Shown here: piece by piece, positions 9,675-19,078 of the stretch
Layout: every line of letters starts with the position of its first letter
Numbering within the stretch: position 1 is the first letter of the stretch
Assembly (NCBI GenBank): GCA_963677485.1
Contig: OY781964.1
Coordinates: 1,760,001 to 1,824,000, forward strand
Direction of reading: 5' to 3'
Length of the DNA stretch: 64,000 nt
Origin: Armatimonadota bacterium
GTDB taxonomy: Bacteria; Armatimonadota; HRBIN16
The notes under the pieces: model-generated
Databases searched by the model: none
What the model saw: the letters and a program-made list of their open reading frames with translations, nothing else
Told to the model about the DNA's origin: nothing
Made by a program: the position numbers and the translations under genes

Positions 9675-11624
9675 CTAATAAGGCCACATGATGAAGGTCT
9701 TCGTGCCGGTGAGGGCGCTGATGAGGTACCACATGGTGCCCACCATACACTCGCCCAGCGTGAGGCCCAGGAAGAACGGCAAGGCGCGCTGGAACAGCTT
9801 CAAGCCACCGATCTTGAGCAGTGTGACCTTACAGGTCCAGGCGATGAGCATGGTGAACCAGATCATCGCACCGCCCCAGTTGGCACTCACCGCCAGCCCC
9901 ACCGGATGCAATGGGAAGCTGACCATCTGAAGCCGGACGAGAAACAGCGCGATAGTTGCGATGAACCCAACCGCCATCGCCGCAATGACATTCCCCTGTC
10001 GGACCACACCTTGGACACCCGACTTGGTGGTCTGTGCCAGCGTGTATCCTTCGTTGCCGAAAATCATACTGACATACGGGCTGTCCACCTTGGCGGCGGC
10101 ACCCCAATGGTAGTGCAGCCCCACGTTGATGAAGAAGGCGCAGACACACGCCCAAACCGCGGCCAGCACGATCGCCCAGAACATGCTTCGCATACTGGTT
10201 TGCGTGCGCTCCGCCGCGCGGTAGCTTTCTGCGGCCAGCGGCATGGGGTTGCTGCGGAATCCACGGCAGAACCCATGCACAAAGGGGATCATCGCGATGT
10301 CGGAGTTGGTCATATTCGTGTTTCCGAACAATACCGGGATCAAGCGGTCCGACGCACCCTCTCCCTGCTCCGTCTCGGGCACACCCAGCTCCGCCCTCAT
10401 GCGGGCAAATGCGATGGAGATCAGTAGATAGAGTCCCAGCACCGCGCAGATCATCCAGGCACTCATCCCTGCGATCGAAAAGAACCCGAACAAAGCCAGT
10501 TGCGCGAATATAAACCCCCACGCCGCCCACCGATAGGGCAGCGGCTCATTCGCGTCCTCGCCGTCGCTTTTCCGCCAGATCGCGGACAAACCCTTCCACA
10601 GCGCGTGGCGCGCCATGTAGATAGTAAACGCCGAGATGGCAAAAATGCACCCGATCATCTGCTGCTGCACATATGGGAAGCCCGGTATCTGGCTCCAGCC
10701 GTATTGCGCGGCGATGACCGGCTCCAGCTTCCAGCACCAGAAGAAGAACCAGAGCGAAAACAGCAGGTCAGTCGGCAGCAGCACACCGATACCCAGCAGC
10801 CACGGGAAGAAGGCCATGGGCGTCCATCCGATGGAGTTCCAGGGCGGGCTGGTGATGAATGTTTCTAGCTGCAGCATCCGTGTATAAGGAATAGGGATGG
10901 TGGGGAACAACGCGGCCAGACCGAACCAGCAGTCGTGGATGGCCGCGATACCGAAAGCGGTCCAGAACAGCGGGTTGCGGAACACCGGCTGTTTGGGCTG
11001 CAGCAGCTCCAGGGTGAACTGCACCAGCGGGTAGCTCAACCGCTCGCGCTCTGTCCACTGTTTTCGCAGCACCGCCGCCAGGCACATCGTGCCAAACGCG
11101 AGCACGCTGAAGAAAGCCGACCAGATCAGCAATGGTTTTACCCAGACCGCCATCTCTTTGGCTTGCCAGAAGTTTACATTGCCCGTGTAGTAGGACTGCA
11201 GTGCATGGGGATCACTGACCGCCATCCATTTGGGGATGTATGGAAGGATGTCGCGTGCCCAGCCGTTGGCAGGGTTCGCGTACTGGTAGCCGTAAGTCAG
11301 GGTGGGCGTCATCACCGCGATCAGGTCATGCGAGCTCATCGAGGCACCCATGAACGCCATGAAGTAGACCGTGAGAACCTCACCGGTGCTCATCTTCCAG
11401 GACGGCCTGATCCGGCCAGCCAGGGAGTTGAATCCCACGATGATCAGCAACAGTGCCAGTATGTGCGGCATCGGGGCAACGGTGGTCGGCTGACCCGCAT
11501 AACGGATCTCTTCCACGCTCATGTTGAACCAGGCCACGCCCGGTATCAACAGCAGCCCGAGCAATATGGCCCTGATGCTCACTCCTTTCGGCTTGGCGGT
11601 GGGTGGGTCGGTCTGGGATGGCAT
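9675..11624 (-). CDS. Polytopic membrane protein (DUF6785/DUF6784-like putative transporter)
   Basis: Many TM segments; RKQW...ERLSYPL, RMRAELG and FPLHPVG motifs. Confidence 0.65.
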   Translation of the reverse strand: MPSQTDPPTAKPKGVSIRAILLGLLLIPGVAWFNMSVEEIRYAGQPTTVAPMPHILALLLIIVGFNSLAGRIRPSWKMSTGEVLTVYFMAFMGASMSSHDLIAVMTPTLTYGYQYANPANGWARDILPYIPKWMAVSDPHALQSYYTGNVNFWQAKEMAVWVKPLLIWSAFFSVLAFGTMCLAAVLRKQWTERERLSYPLVQFTLELLQPKQPVFRNPLFWTAFGIAAIHDCWFGLAALFPTIPIPYTRMLQLETFITSPPWNSIGWTPMAFFPWLLGIGVLLPTDLLFSLWFFFWCWKLEPVIAAQYGWSQIPGFPYVQQQMIGCIFAISAFTIYMARHALWKGLSAIWRKSDGEDANEPLPYRWAAWGFIFAQLALFGFFSIAGMSAWMICAVLGLYLLISIAFARMRAELGVPETEQGEGASDRLIPVLFGNTNMTNSDIAMIPFVHGFCRGFRSNPMPLAAESYRAAERTQTSMRSMFWAIVLAAVWACVCAFFINVGLHYHWGAAAKVDSPYVSMIFGNEGYTLAQTTKSGVQGVVRQGNVIAAMAVGFIATIALFLVRLQMVSFPLHPVGLAVSANWGGAMIWFTMLIAWTCKVTLLKIGGLKLFQRALPFFLGLTLGECMVGTMWYLISALTGTKTFIMWPY

Positions 11625-11818
11625 GTTTGTACCTCTGAAAGTTGTGTAGATATATGATATCGCATCGGCACATATCTGAGGACATTGCCACAAAGGCTCA
11701 CTTGCTCAGCACCACATTTGGTAGAGTTGCTATGATCCCAACCACCGCACGATATTACCATGACCATCCAACCTTCGATGTAACCCTGTAGGTACACTCA
11801 GTACAGGAGGACCGTTCT

Positions 11819-12847
11819 ATGTTTGGAAACACCCCTTCCGCACCTGTCCGCGCCCCCGAGTTTGTCAGCGGCTCCGATATGTGGATCAACTCCCCAAAAC
11901 TCACCATAGCTTCGTTAAGGGGCAAGGTGGTTTTGGTGGATTTCTGGGAATATACATGTGTCAACTGCATCCGCACCCTGCCTTATGTGAAGCAATGGTA
12001 TGACCGGTATCACGAACTGGGTATAGTGATTGTGGGCATACACACCCCCGAGTTTGAGTTCGCGAAGAGCAGCGCGAATGTGGCGCAGGCTGTAAAGCGG
12101 TTCGGCATCAGCTACCCCGTTCTGGTCGACTCAGACTACGGCAACTGGCGCGCTTACGCCAACAGTTACTGGCCGCGGAAATACCTGATCGACCCCACCG
12201 GCCGAATCGTGTACGACCATGCCGGTGAAGGCGGCTATCAGAAGACCGAATCTATGATCCAGTCGCTGTTGAGGAAACTGCACCCGGGTGTGAGACTGCC
12301 TGAACTGTTGGCCCCCGTGCGAGGCTCCGATAAGGAAGGCGCGGTCTGCTACCCCACCAGCCCGGAGCTTTACTGCGGCTCTCGGGGCATCCAAAGCGGG
12401 CAGTTTGCACAGTATGAGCATTGGCGTTTGGGTCAGGTGGTTGCGTTCGATGCCCCGGCTCCCCCATTTCCCCGCAGTCAGATTGTGCTCAAAGGTCGAT
12501 GGCAGTGCCTGGAGGAGTGCCTGAGGCATCCCACCAAAACCGCAGCGAATCAGGACGCTATCTCTGTCCGGTATTATGCGAAAGAGGCGAATGCGGTTCT
12601 GAAGAGCACATCCGGTGCGGCTTTGACGGTTTATGTCACGCAGGATGATCGGCCCGTGCGCAAGCCGGACGCCGGTAGTGATATCCAGTACGATGCTGGC
12701 GGACACAGTTTTGTTGTGCTGAACCAGCCGCGGATGTATCACCTGACCAGCAACGCCAAATACGGTGAGCATGTGCTGACCATGAGCAGCGACGCCGATG
12801 GGTTTGAGGTGTATTCCTACACCTTCAGCAGCTGCGAGGTGGAGTAG
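11819..12847 (+). CDS. Redoxin/thioredoxin-like protein (DipZ C-terminal-like)
   Basis: LRGKVVLVDFWEYTCVNCIRTLP, GIHTPEFEF, YWPRKYLID, GEGGY, FTFS. Confidence 0.85.
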   Translation: MFGNTPSAPVRAPEFVSGSDMWINSPKLTIASLRGKVVLVDFWEYTCVNCIRTLPYVKQWYDRYHELGIVIVGIHTPEFEFAKSSANVAQAVKRFGISYPVLVDSDYGNWRAYANSYWPRKYLIDPTGRIVYDHAGEGGYQKTESMIQSLLRKLHPGVRLPELLAPVRGSDKEGAVCYPTSPELYCGSRGIQSGQFAQYEHWRLGQVVAFDAPAPPFPRSQIVLKGRWQCLEECLRHPTKTAANQDAISVRYYAKEANAVLKSTSGAALTVYVTQDDRPVRKPDAGSDIQYDAGGHSFVVLNQPRMYHLTSNAKYGEHVLTMSSDADGFEVYSYTFSSCEVE

Positions 12848-13170
12848 CGGGGGGTGATAGTACCACAACAACAGTCATATTCAATGGCAACTCCTGAACG
12901 TTATTACTCGACCACTACCTGGTAAATCATACGAATGAACGGGCCGATATGTATACCGCTGTAGTCGTTGGAAGTGACTTGTCAGGTTATGTTGGTGCGA
13001 TGATAGCCATGGTAGAGTAGTCGTCAGCTTGAGCTACACCAAGCACCCCAACCTATAGAGTCAATTGCGTCGGCGGTGCCTTCAAGCAAATGGGGCGGTG
13101 GGCAGTAGGCATTATCCCTCAACCGCCCTCAACTAACATAAAGCTCACGCGGTGTGACGCAGTTTTCAGA

Positions 13171-13608
13171 CTAGGCTTTCAAGCTGGGACATACTTGGTG
13201 ATCGGGGTCCCACCATAATAATCGTAATATGTGGCCTTCTTTAATCCCCCACACTCGGTTATCACCTTCAATGCGTAGTGAAAACAGCTCATCAATGTCG
13301 TCCAGCTTTATTGCTTCCAGCCTGTCTCTGGCAGGTTTGCTCAGTCTGTCTTTGCTGACATTATGGCTGTGACGGCCGCTAATAATCTCGGTCCAGTTCA
13401 TCTTTTCGAAATTCCCAAGCTTTGTCAGGAACTCCACTATTTCAAATACACTCGCGCAACACCCAATATGGTACGGACCTTCGCGGTCAAGAAGCTGGAA
13501 TGAAAATACAGGCAGTCTTTCGGACATGCCTGTATCAACCGTGCCTGGCTTTTTCCCTTTGCTTGCAAAGTTGGTATTTGGGTTCTTTCCGGCTTTCCTC
13601 TTGTCCAT
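13171..13608 (-). CDS. Putative toxin partner of the Panacea antitoxin (RelE-like RNase pattern)
   Basis: Starts immediately after the antitoxin stop; LFSLRI....RVWG......LLWWDPDH C-terminus. Confidence 0.55.
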   Translation of the reverse strand: MDKRKAGKNPNTNFASKGKKPGTVDTGMSERLPVFSFQLLDREGPYHIGCCASVFEIVEFLTKLGNFEKMNWTEIISGRHSHNVSKDRLSKPARDRLEAIKLDDIDELFSLRIEGDNRVWGIKEGHILRLLWWDPDHQVCPSLKA

Positions 13609-14052
13609 TTACTGATCGGAAGGTTCAAGCCCAGAGTAATACTCTGCCATAGATGCATGAGATATCACGCTGGTGCCTCTGTCTCCAGCCGCTAACCCTG
13701 CCCGCGCCAAGATCCATGGTTCTTCATGATGTGTGATGTCGCTTAGTTGCTGGGCATTCATTGGCCAGTAGAACTCAAGAACGGCATTTACGGTCTCTTT
13801 TGCCAGATCATCTAGTTTGTTGACATCACCAAGCGGCCACTTGTCTATCATGTACTGGCCCTTGTGGACCGCGTATAAATCGGGGACTACAGGCCCGTTT
13901 GCCCATGCTTGGATTTCTTCATCAAACATCGGGCGTTCATCCCATACCAGCGACCATGCCTGCGAGTAATACACCAGCTTCTGAAGTTTCATAGCAGAGA
14001 CCGGCCCTTGTTTCTCAATGATGTATGCTGTAACGTCATGAGCCGTAGCCAT
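13609..14052 (-). CDS. Panacea (DUF4065/SocA-like) antitoxin
   Basis: MKLQKLVYYSQAW...FDEEIQAWANGPVVPDLY...LSDITH.EEPW signature. Confidence 0.88.
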   Translation of the reverse strand: MATAHDVTAYIIEKQGPVSAMKLQKLVYYSQAWSLVWDERPMFDEEIQAWANGPVVPDLYAVHKGQYMIDKWPLGDVNKLDDLAKETVNAVLEFYWPMNAQQLSDITHHEEPWILARAGLAAGDRGTSVISHASMAEYYSGLEPSDQ

Positions 14053-14498
14053 TACTCAACCCCTCCACCCCTTAGTGTCCTTCATTGTCTGTGCAATGAT
14101 ATGTCCTATCATACCACATATAAGACGATGTTCATGCATTTTTGGTACATAGACATCACCCCACTTTATAGAGGTCGGCAACTATGCGATCAGTTACCGG
14201 CCTCTGCAGATCGCGTATGGTTGGAGTTTCATGCTTGCACACGGTACATACTTTAACGCATATGTATCTACATGACAACTGTTCAGAAAACCACGCCATC
14301 CGGCACCTGACGTCCCCCTAGGGTAGGATACTTTCTAGCCAGGCAGTCTGCCCAGCTTGTTGCGCCACATCACCAGCGGACTCATGCTTTCCTGCCAAAC
14401 CGCTCTGAACTAACAATACCATCAACCCACCAAAACAAAATACCCTCCTTCTGGGGTATCATTATTTCTGTTGTATACCGCATTTACCTTTTATATAT

Positions 14499-14512
14499 GG
14501 TACTATATTTGC
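14499..14512 (+). repeat. attL core GGTACTATATTTGC
   Basis: Identical to 51056-51069; 68 bp beyond the integrase stop. Confidence 0.88.
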
Positions 14513-14549
14513 TAATATTCACTTTGATCAGTTCGTGCGGGATTCGCAT
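14499..14549 (-). other. 5' half (MRIPHELIKVNISKYST) of the attP-spanning phage ORF
   Basis: ATG 14549 with a G-rich RBS; the last codons run through the att core in the same frame as the 3' half at 51055-50930. Confidence 0.65.
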
Positions 14550-14580
14550 TACTTTCGCCCCCTGGAGTCTAATTCTGAGT

Positions 14581-15648
14581 CTAATCGACCTTCCGAATGA
14601 TCGCTTTGACCTTCCACATCTCACGAACTGCCTCGTCAGCACCAGGTAGCACGTGACTATATACGTCCAATGTGGTCTTGATGCTGTTGTGACCAAGACG
14701 GGCCGAAACCGCCGGTATGGTCATCCCGTGATGCAGAAGATAGCTGGCATGGGCATGCCGAAACATATGGGGATGGAACTCCACACCAATCGCCTCAGAT
14801 GCGATCTTGACCGCGTTTGATATGAGGGTGGAGTTATACGGATTGGACCGTCGTGACAACACATACAGGAACTTGCACTGCGATGCCAGGTAGTGTAATA
14901 CCTCGATCGCACCATCAGGCAGTGTGATAGTTCGTATGCTGCTCACTGTTTTCGGGGTGGTGATCTGACCCCGGGTATACTGCCGACTAACAGTCAATCT
15001 GCCCAGGTCGAAGTCAACATCACTCCACATCAAGCCGCACGCTTCACCCACGCGCAAGCCTGTATAATACAGAAGCTTACACCTGGCGGCCATCATCGGA
15101 CTGTGCTCATCTAGGAAGGCGATGATCCGCTCCGCATATTCGACCACCCTCTGGTCGACCTTCCGGGCGGACGCCGGCACCTTGATACCGTCCGTAGGTT
15201 TACGCAGTAGATAGCCACGTTCGATTGCCCAAGACGCCATGAGGCTTAATATGGTGATGCGGTGTTTGATAGTCGATGCTGCCATTCCGGCCTCAAGAGC
15301 AGCATCGACTACCTGCTGCACGATATCCCGGTTCAACTGAGACAGCCGTGTCGAAGGGAGTGCTCCCGCCCACATCCGGGTACCGCTCAACACATTATCA
15401 GCCGATGTCTTGCATATCCCCTTTTGATATTCGGTAAACCAGCTCTCAAACGCCTCAGCTACGGTCATTTTGGTGGCTGTAGGATGTACACCTCCGTCGA
15501 TCTGAACCAACAGGTCGCGTCGCCACCGGTTCAGTTCTGTCTTGCTGTCTGCTACATGGCTATAACTACGACCATGAACCATCAACCTGATCCGCAGCCG
15601 ACCATTCGGCATTCGTGATATGGTGCCTTCATGTTTATCGCGGCGCAT
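14581..15648 (-). CDS. int: Tyrosine recombinase/integrase
   Basis: YTGLRVGEACGL, TPKT, HMFRH, RLGH and T..VYSH catalytic motifs. Confidence 0.95.
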   Translation of the reverse strand: MRRDKHEGTISRMPNGRLRIRLMVHGRSYSHVADSKTELNRWRRDLLVQIDGGVHPTATKMTVAEAFESWFTEYQKGICKTSADNVLSGTRMWAGALPSTRLSQLNRDIVQQVVDAALEAGMAASTIKHRITILSLMASWAIERGYLLRKPTDGIKVPASARKVDQRVVEYAERIIAFLDEHSPMMAARCKLLYYTGLRVGEACGLMWSDVDFDLGRLTVSRQYTRGQITTPKTVSSIRTITLPDGAIEVLHYLASQCKFLYVLSRRSNPYNSTLISNAVKIASEAIGVEFHPHMFRHAHASYLLHHGMTIPAVSARLGHNSIKTTLDVYSHVLPGADEAVREMWKVKAIIRKVD

Positions 15649-15889
15649 GATGGGCCACCCTTCGCGATAATGCATAGTCGATTAAGTCTTTCCTGGCCAC
15701 TTTATACCCACGGCCGATTTTGAAGTGTGGCAGGTCACCGCGAACAATAGCGTCGCGTAGGTGCCTTGCGCTGCATTTCATGAATTCGGCAGCTTCAGTC
15801 AATGGCATCAGGTCAGGAAACTCAGGCGTGTCATCACGGATCACGGGTACATCCTTATGTATGTCGAATTTGATTGCAGGTCTACCCAT
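15635..15889 (-). CDS. Excisionase-like HTH_17 protein
   Basis: LTEAAEFMKCS......I..GDLP..KIGR.YKV; overlaps the int start. Confidence 0.8.
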   Translation of the reverse strand: MGRPAIKFDIHKDVPVIRDDTPEFPDLMPLTEAAEFMKCSARHLRDAIVRGDLPHFKIGRGYKVARKDLIDYALSRRVAHHAPR

Positions 15890-15890
15890 T

Positions 15891-16196
15891 TCACTCGACC
15901 TCCTTAAGTCGGCTAGCTAGGGAATCCAGAACGGATGTAATGGCGTTACGGAAGTCGAGCACACAGAGATCATGTTTAAAGCGTAACCACCCGAGAGCTT
16001 GCCGAAGGTTGTTTGTGTATATACCGTCCCTACATCCCAGTGGTTCACACGTATATACCGCCACGTATTTTGGCTTTGAACCTCCCATACCAAACCTCGC
16101 AGATATGGCAACATGTCCATTGAAAAAGCCAGGCGAGTGCGGTGATCTCAAAGTCCACACTAGATTGTTGTGTCGTCGTCTGCTTGCTCTACCCAT
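15891..16196 (-). CDS. Phage hypothetical protein
   Basis: RBS AAGGAGGAG before ATG 16196; in the leftward early operon. Confidence 0.55.
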   Translation of the reverse strand: MGRASRRRHNNLVWTLRSPHSPGFFNGHVAISARFGMGGSKPKYVAVYTCEPLGCRDGIYTNNLRQALGWLRFKHDLCVLDFRNAITSVLDSLASRLKEVE

Positions 16197-16499
16197 TCTT
16201 ATCTCCTCCTTAAATCTTGCCGGTGGCCCCGGCTTGTGTTCAAACCGGCGGGTTGAACGGGGCCACCTTCTCGCCGCTCCAACTGGAGCGCACGCCACGA
16301 CAACTCATTGCCGCACACGCCGCATATACCGCTGCCGTCCGGCATCAGATGCACGAAGGGCGACACACGCCCGCAACGGCCGCACCTGGTGTTATGGGCA
16401 ACCATCACCGGTCACCACGAAACAACGCATACCCCACACCCAGGCCGATGTAGAAGCAGACCACTCCGACCACCGCAATGGCCATGATCAACCTATCGA

Positions 16500-16712
16500 T
16501 CATCGGGATCGCCTCTTACCCACCGTGGCGGTCTCTAGCTCAGGTTCAACAGTGCCAGGTAGAGGCCGGTTCACCCGGCTCTCCATCTCGGCCACGATCT
16601 CGTCATACTCGCGCCTGGCGGTCTTCAGCTCCTCGGTCAACCGGGCGATATCAGCCTTCTTGCGTGCCCACATCTCCATCAACTCCACGGCCAACGTCTC
16701 CTTCGATATCAT
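16500..16712 (-). CDS. Phage hypothetical coiled-coil protein
   Basis: Heptad-rich; ATGA overlap with the upstream ORF. Confidence 0.6.
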   Translation of the reverse strand: MISKETLAVELMEMWARKKADIARLTEELKTARREYDEIVAEMESRVNRPLPGTVEPELETATVGKRRSR

Positions 16713-16924
16713 CGGACCGCCTCCAGCTCAAGCACCATCTGGCCTTCTATGTGCTGGCAGTTGGCGATGTGGTCCCGGACCGCGGTCATGACAGCCAGCT
16801 CTCGCTGGGCATCCTCCGGGCGCATTTCACCACGCTGCACACGCTTGCTGTATACGCCGTTGCGCATCTTCAACTCGCGGTTCAGGCAGCGCAGCATCTC
16901 TTCTCTGGTCACTCTTGGTTCCAT
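16709..16924 (-). CDS. Phage hypothetical protein
   Basis: RBS GGAGG; C..REL..R..VY...V..G.M....A.RE...M.AV pattern typical of small phage proteins. Confidence 0.6.
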   Translation of the reverse strand: MEPRVTREEMLRCLNRELKMRNGVYSKRVQRGEMRPEDAQRELAVMTAVRDHIANCQHIEGQMVLELEAVR

Positions 16925-16993
16925 AGTTCCTCCTGTATAATGGAGGTGGATGCTCCTAATCGTCCACCTCATGACGCCTGAGAACTGCAATTC

Positions 16994-17311
16994 TCAGGCG
17001 TTTTTGTCATTCCATACATATGGCAGTAACTCACCTGCCTGTGAGTATCCATCCAGTGCCTTTTGCGCGAGTTCACGGCTGGTGAACGAACGCGGCTCGC
17101 TAAACAGTTGAATGGCTAGCAGATGCTCATTGATCTTCGTGTCGTATAGCCAAACGCCCCAACGTTCGCTCTGGTCTCCACGCAGTATCGGATAGCGGTC
17201 CACTACAATGGCCAGGTCGCTACCCGCTCTGACGATATACCCACCTTCCGGGTGCCACGATAAATACTTGAGATCATCATCGGCAGAGGGGATAGGTTCT
17301 TGCTCGATCAT
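16994..17311 (-). CDS. Phage hypothetical protein
   Basis: ATGA overlap with the upstream ORF in the early operon. Confidence 0.55.
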   Translation of the reverse strand: MIEQEPIPSADDDLKYLSWHPEGGYIVRAGSDLAIVVDRYPILRGDQSERWGVWLYDTKINEHLLAIQLFSEPRSFTSRELAQKALDGYSQAGELLPYVWNDKNA

Positions 17312-17544
17312 ATTCCTGCCACCTGACGCTTACGCCAATTGGCCACCTCCTCAAGGACCTGCAAAGCCATCTCCTCGGCAGGAAGCATATCCAACAGCAT
17401 GTCCTTCTCAGGAACTCGGTCACGCATCACGCGGACGCGCAGCATGTCACCCTGCGGCTTTACGTTGATCTTCTGCTTGCTCATCGTGTGGCCACTATCT
17501 GGGCGGTCGCGGTCATCTGCCCACACAGATATGCGATGTTCCAT
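17308..17544 (-). CDS. Phage hypothetical protein
   Basis: Coupled ORF in the early operon. Confidence 0.5.
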   Translation of the reverse strand: MEHRISVWADDRDRPDSGHTMSKQKINVKPQGDMLRVRVMRDRVPEKDMLLDMLPAEEMALQVLEEVANWRKRQVAGI

Positions 17545-17859
17545 ATGATCACTGGAACCATAATGATGATGCCGGTCACCATCCAGTCAAGTATGTGTTC
17601 TAGCAGCGGCCTGCCTGGGTGCTGCTTCAGTCTCGGGCGCATTTCGTCTCCTCCTTGAATAGATTGTTGATGACGCGGTGTATGACAATGACATGCATGG
17701 CCAGCCGTAAAATCATCGGCATCTGGACCCGGTACACCTAATCGTTGATGACCAAGCCGAATGTACCATCGTCAGATGGTCCGCCAGACAGCGTGTGAAC
17801 ATCAATCACGTCATCCGGATGAACTTCCATCACGCTGCCGTCTTTGGTCTCTGTGTCAC

Positions 17860-18099
17860 TCATCGGTGGGCCTCCTCGTATATTGACATCACCTGCGGGC
17901 TCATCATAATGACATCGGTGGCGGATTTGTAGACATGGACGCATTGCTGGTTATTACCTATGGCGGGTTGGCCATCCACTGGCTTGATCTGCACCAATGT
18001 ATTCGTGGCTTGCAGGTATGCAATACACACCTCGACTGTTGGGAATGCTGTACGGGTAGCCCGGTGTTTCGAGTAGTCGTATGCGCCTATGATTTTCAT
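17860..18099 (-). CDS. Phage hypothetical protein
   Basis: ATG overlaps the cro stop (ATGA); RBS GGAGG. Confidence 0.55.
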   Translation of the reverse strand: MKIIGAYDYSKHRATRTAFPTVEVCIAYLQATNTLVQIKPVDGQPAIGNNQQCVHVYKSATDVIMMSPQVMSIYEEAHR

Positions 18100-18317
18100 T
18101 GTGTTGCCTCCTGTGTTTGTGCTGGCCATATTTCGGCCTCGGTTACACCTAGTGCCGCTGCGATTCGCTGGCGTATGACAGGCCCCGGAACATAACCATA
18201 ATTTTCGATCTGTTGCAGTGTCAACATGTTTGTGTCGGCTGCTGCGGCAAGTCCCATGCGGGTCAGATTTTGGCTAGTCCTGATGCTCCTCAGGTTGGTG
18301 TGATATCTGGGTTTCAT
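18096..18317 (-). CDS. Cro-like XRE HTH regulator
   Basis: NLRSIR...LT...LA......TLQQIEN...P.......IAAALGV...IW; RBS GGAGG; divergent from cI. Confidence 0.85.
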   Translation of the reverse strand: MKPRYHTNLRSIRTSQNLTRMGLAAAADTNMLTLQQIENYGYVPGPVIRQRIAAALGVTEAEIWPAQTQEATQ

Positions 18318-18415
18318 GCGACCTCCTATCAATATTGATGATACTTCATAGAATATACCATTGTTTCGTATATTTATACAACTATTATTACTAAATATCA
18401 TGCAAAAATAATAGT
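18318..18415. promoter_or_regulatory. Divergent cro/cI switch region
   Basis: Very AT-rich 98-bp spacer with the imperfect palindrome GTATATTTATAC (18368-18379). Confidence 0.7.
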
Positions 18416-19072
18416 ATGGAATCAAAACTACCAGACAGAATCTATAAGGCGGTGGCACACCGCGGGTTTCGGTCGCTCAGAGCAGCATCGAAAGCGTCAG
18501 GCGTCTCATACTCAACAATTAGCAGTTGGGTTCAGGGCGTAAGTAATCCATCGTCAGAGTTATTAGCACAGTTTTCCAAATCAATAGGAGTAGATATGGC
18601 GTATTTCACCGGGGATTTGACCCTGGACCAAGCATGTGAAGCGTTCGAGAACCGAAACCAGGTGTATGCGGTGGGTATACAACCTATGGTTAAGCTGCCA
18701 TACTGGAATGTACCAGCCGACCCATATAACGGCCGCACAGCCGATGTAGATGAGCCGGATGGTTATATCAGCTTCCCAGCAGATACCGGTGCTGACTTTG
18801 CGATCTGTGTTACTGGCATCTGTATGGAACCATCTATGCGTACCGGAGATTATGTGGGAATTCGGCGAACACCGGTCTGCAGCACCGGCGAAGTGGCGTT
18901 AATTGAAGTGCTTGAGACAGGCGATCGGATGATCAAGCGGTCGGTGATGCGGAAGGGGCGGCGGTTTTTTGCACCCGACAACGAGGACGCCGGGGAATAC
19001 GCCATCCCCGCAGAGGGATGCCGCGTGATCGGCGTGGGCGTTGCGCTTACGCGCGGTAAGGGCGGGTTGTAG
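18416..19072 (+). CDS. CI-like repressor (XRE HTH + S24 peptidase-like domain)
   Basis: SGVSYSTISSW..G...P HTH; FAICVTGICMEP...GDYV...IKR S24-like domain; no obvious RBS, possibly leaderless. Confidence 0.85.
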   Translation: MESKLPDRIYKAVAHRGFRSLRAASKASGVSYSTISSWVQGVSNPSSELLAQFSKSIGVDMAYFTGDLTLDQACEAFENRNQVYAVGIQPMVKLPYWNVPADPYNGRTADVDEPDGYISFPADTGADFAICVTGICMEPSMRTGDYVGIRRTPVCSTGEVALIEVLETGDRMIKRSVMRKGRRFFAPDNEDAGEYAIPAEGCRVIGVGVALTRGKGGL

Positions 19073-19078
19073 ATGTAA

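Noticed and set aside
13171-14498. TA module as part of the prophage
   Set aside because: Lies outside the attL core
14060-14500. tRNA/tmRNA integration target
   Set aside because: No cloverleaf or T-loop motif seen near either att site; the core maps to the recA promoter
15874-16791. 305-aa plus-strand ORF
   Set aside because: Antisense to several coupled minus-strand phage genes that have good RBSs; no recognisable motifs
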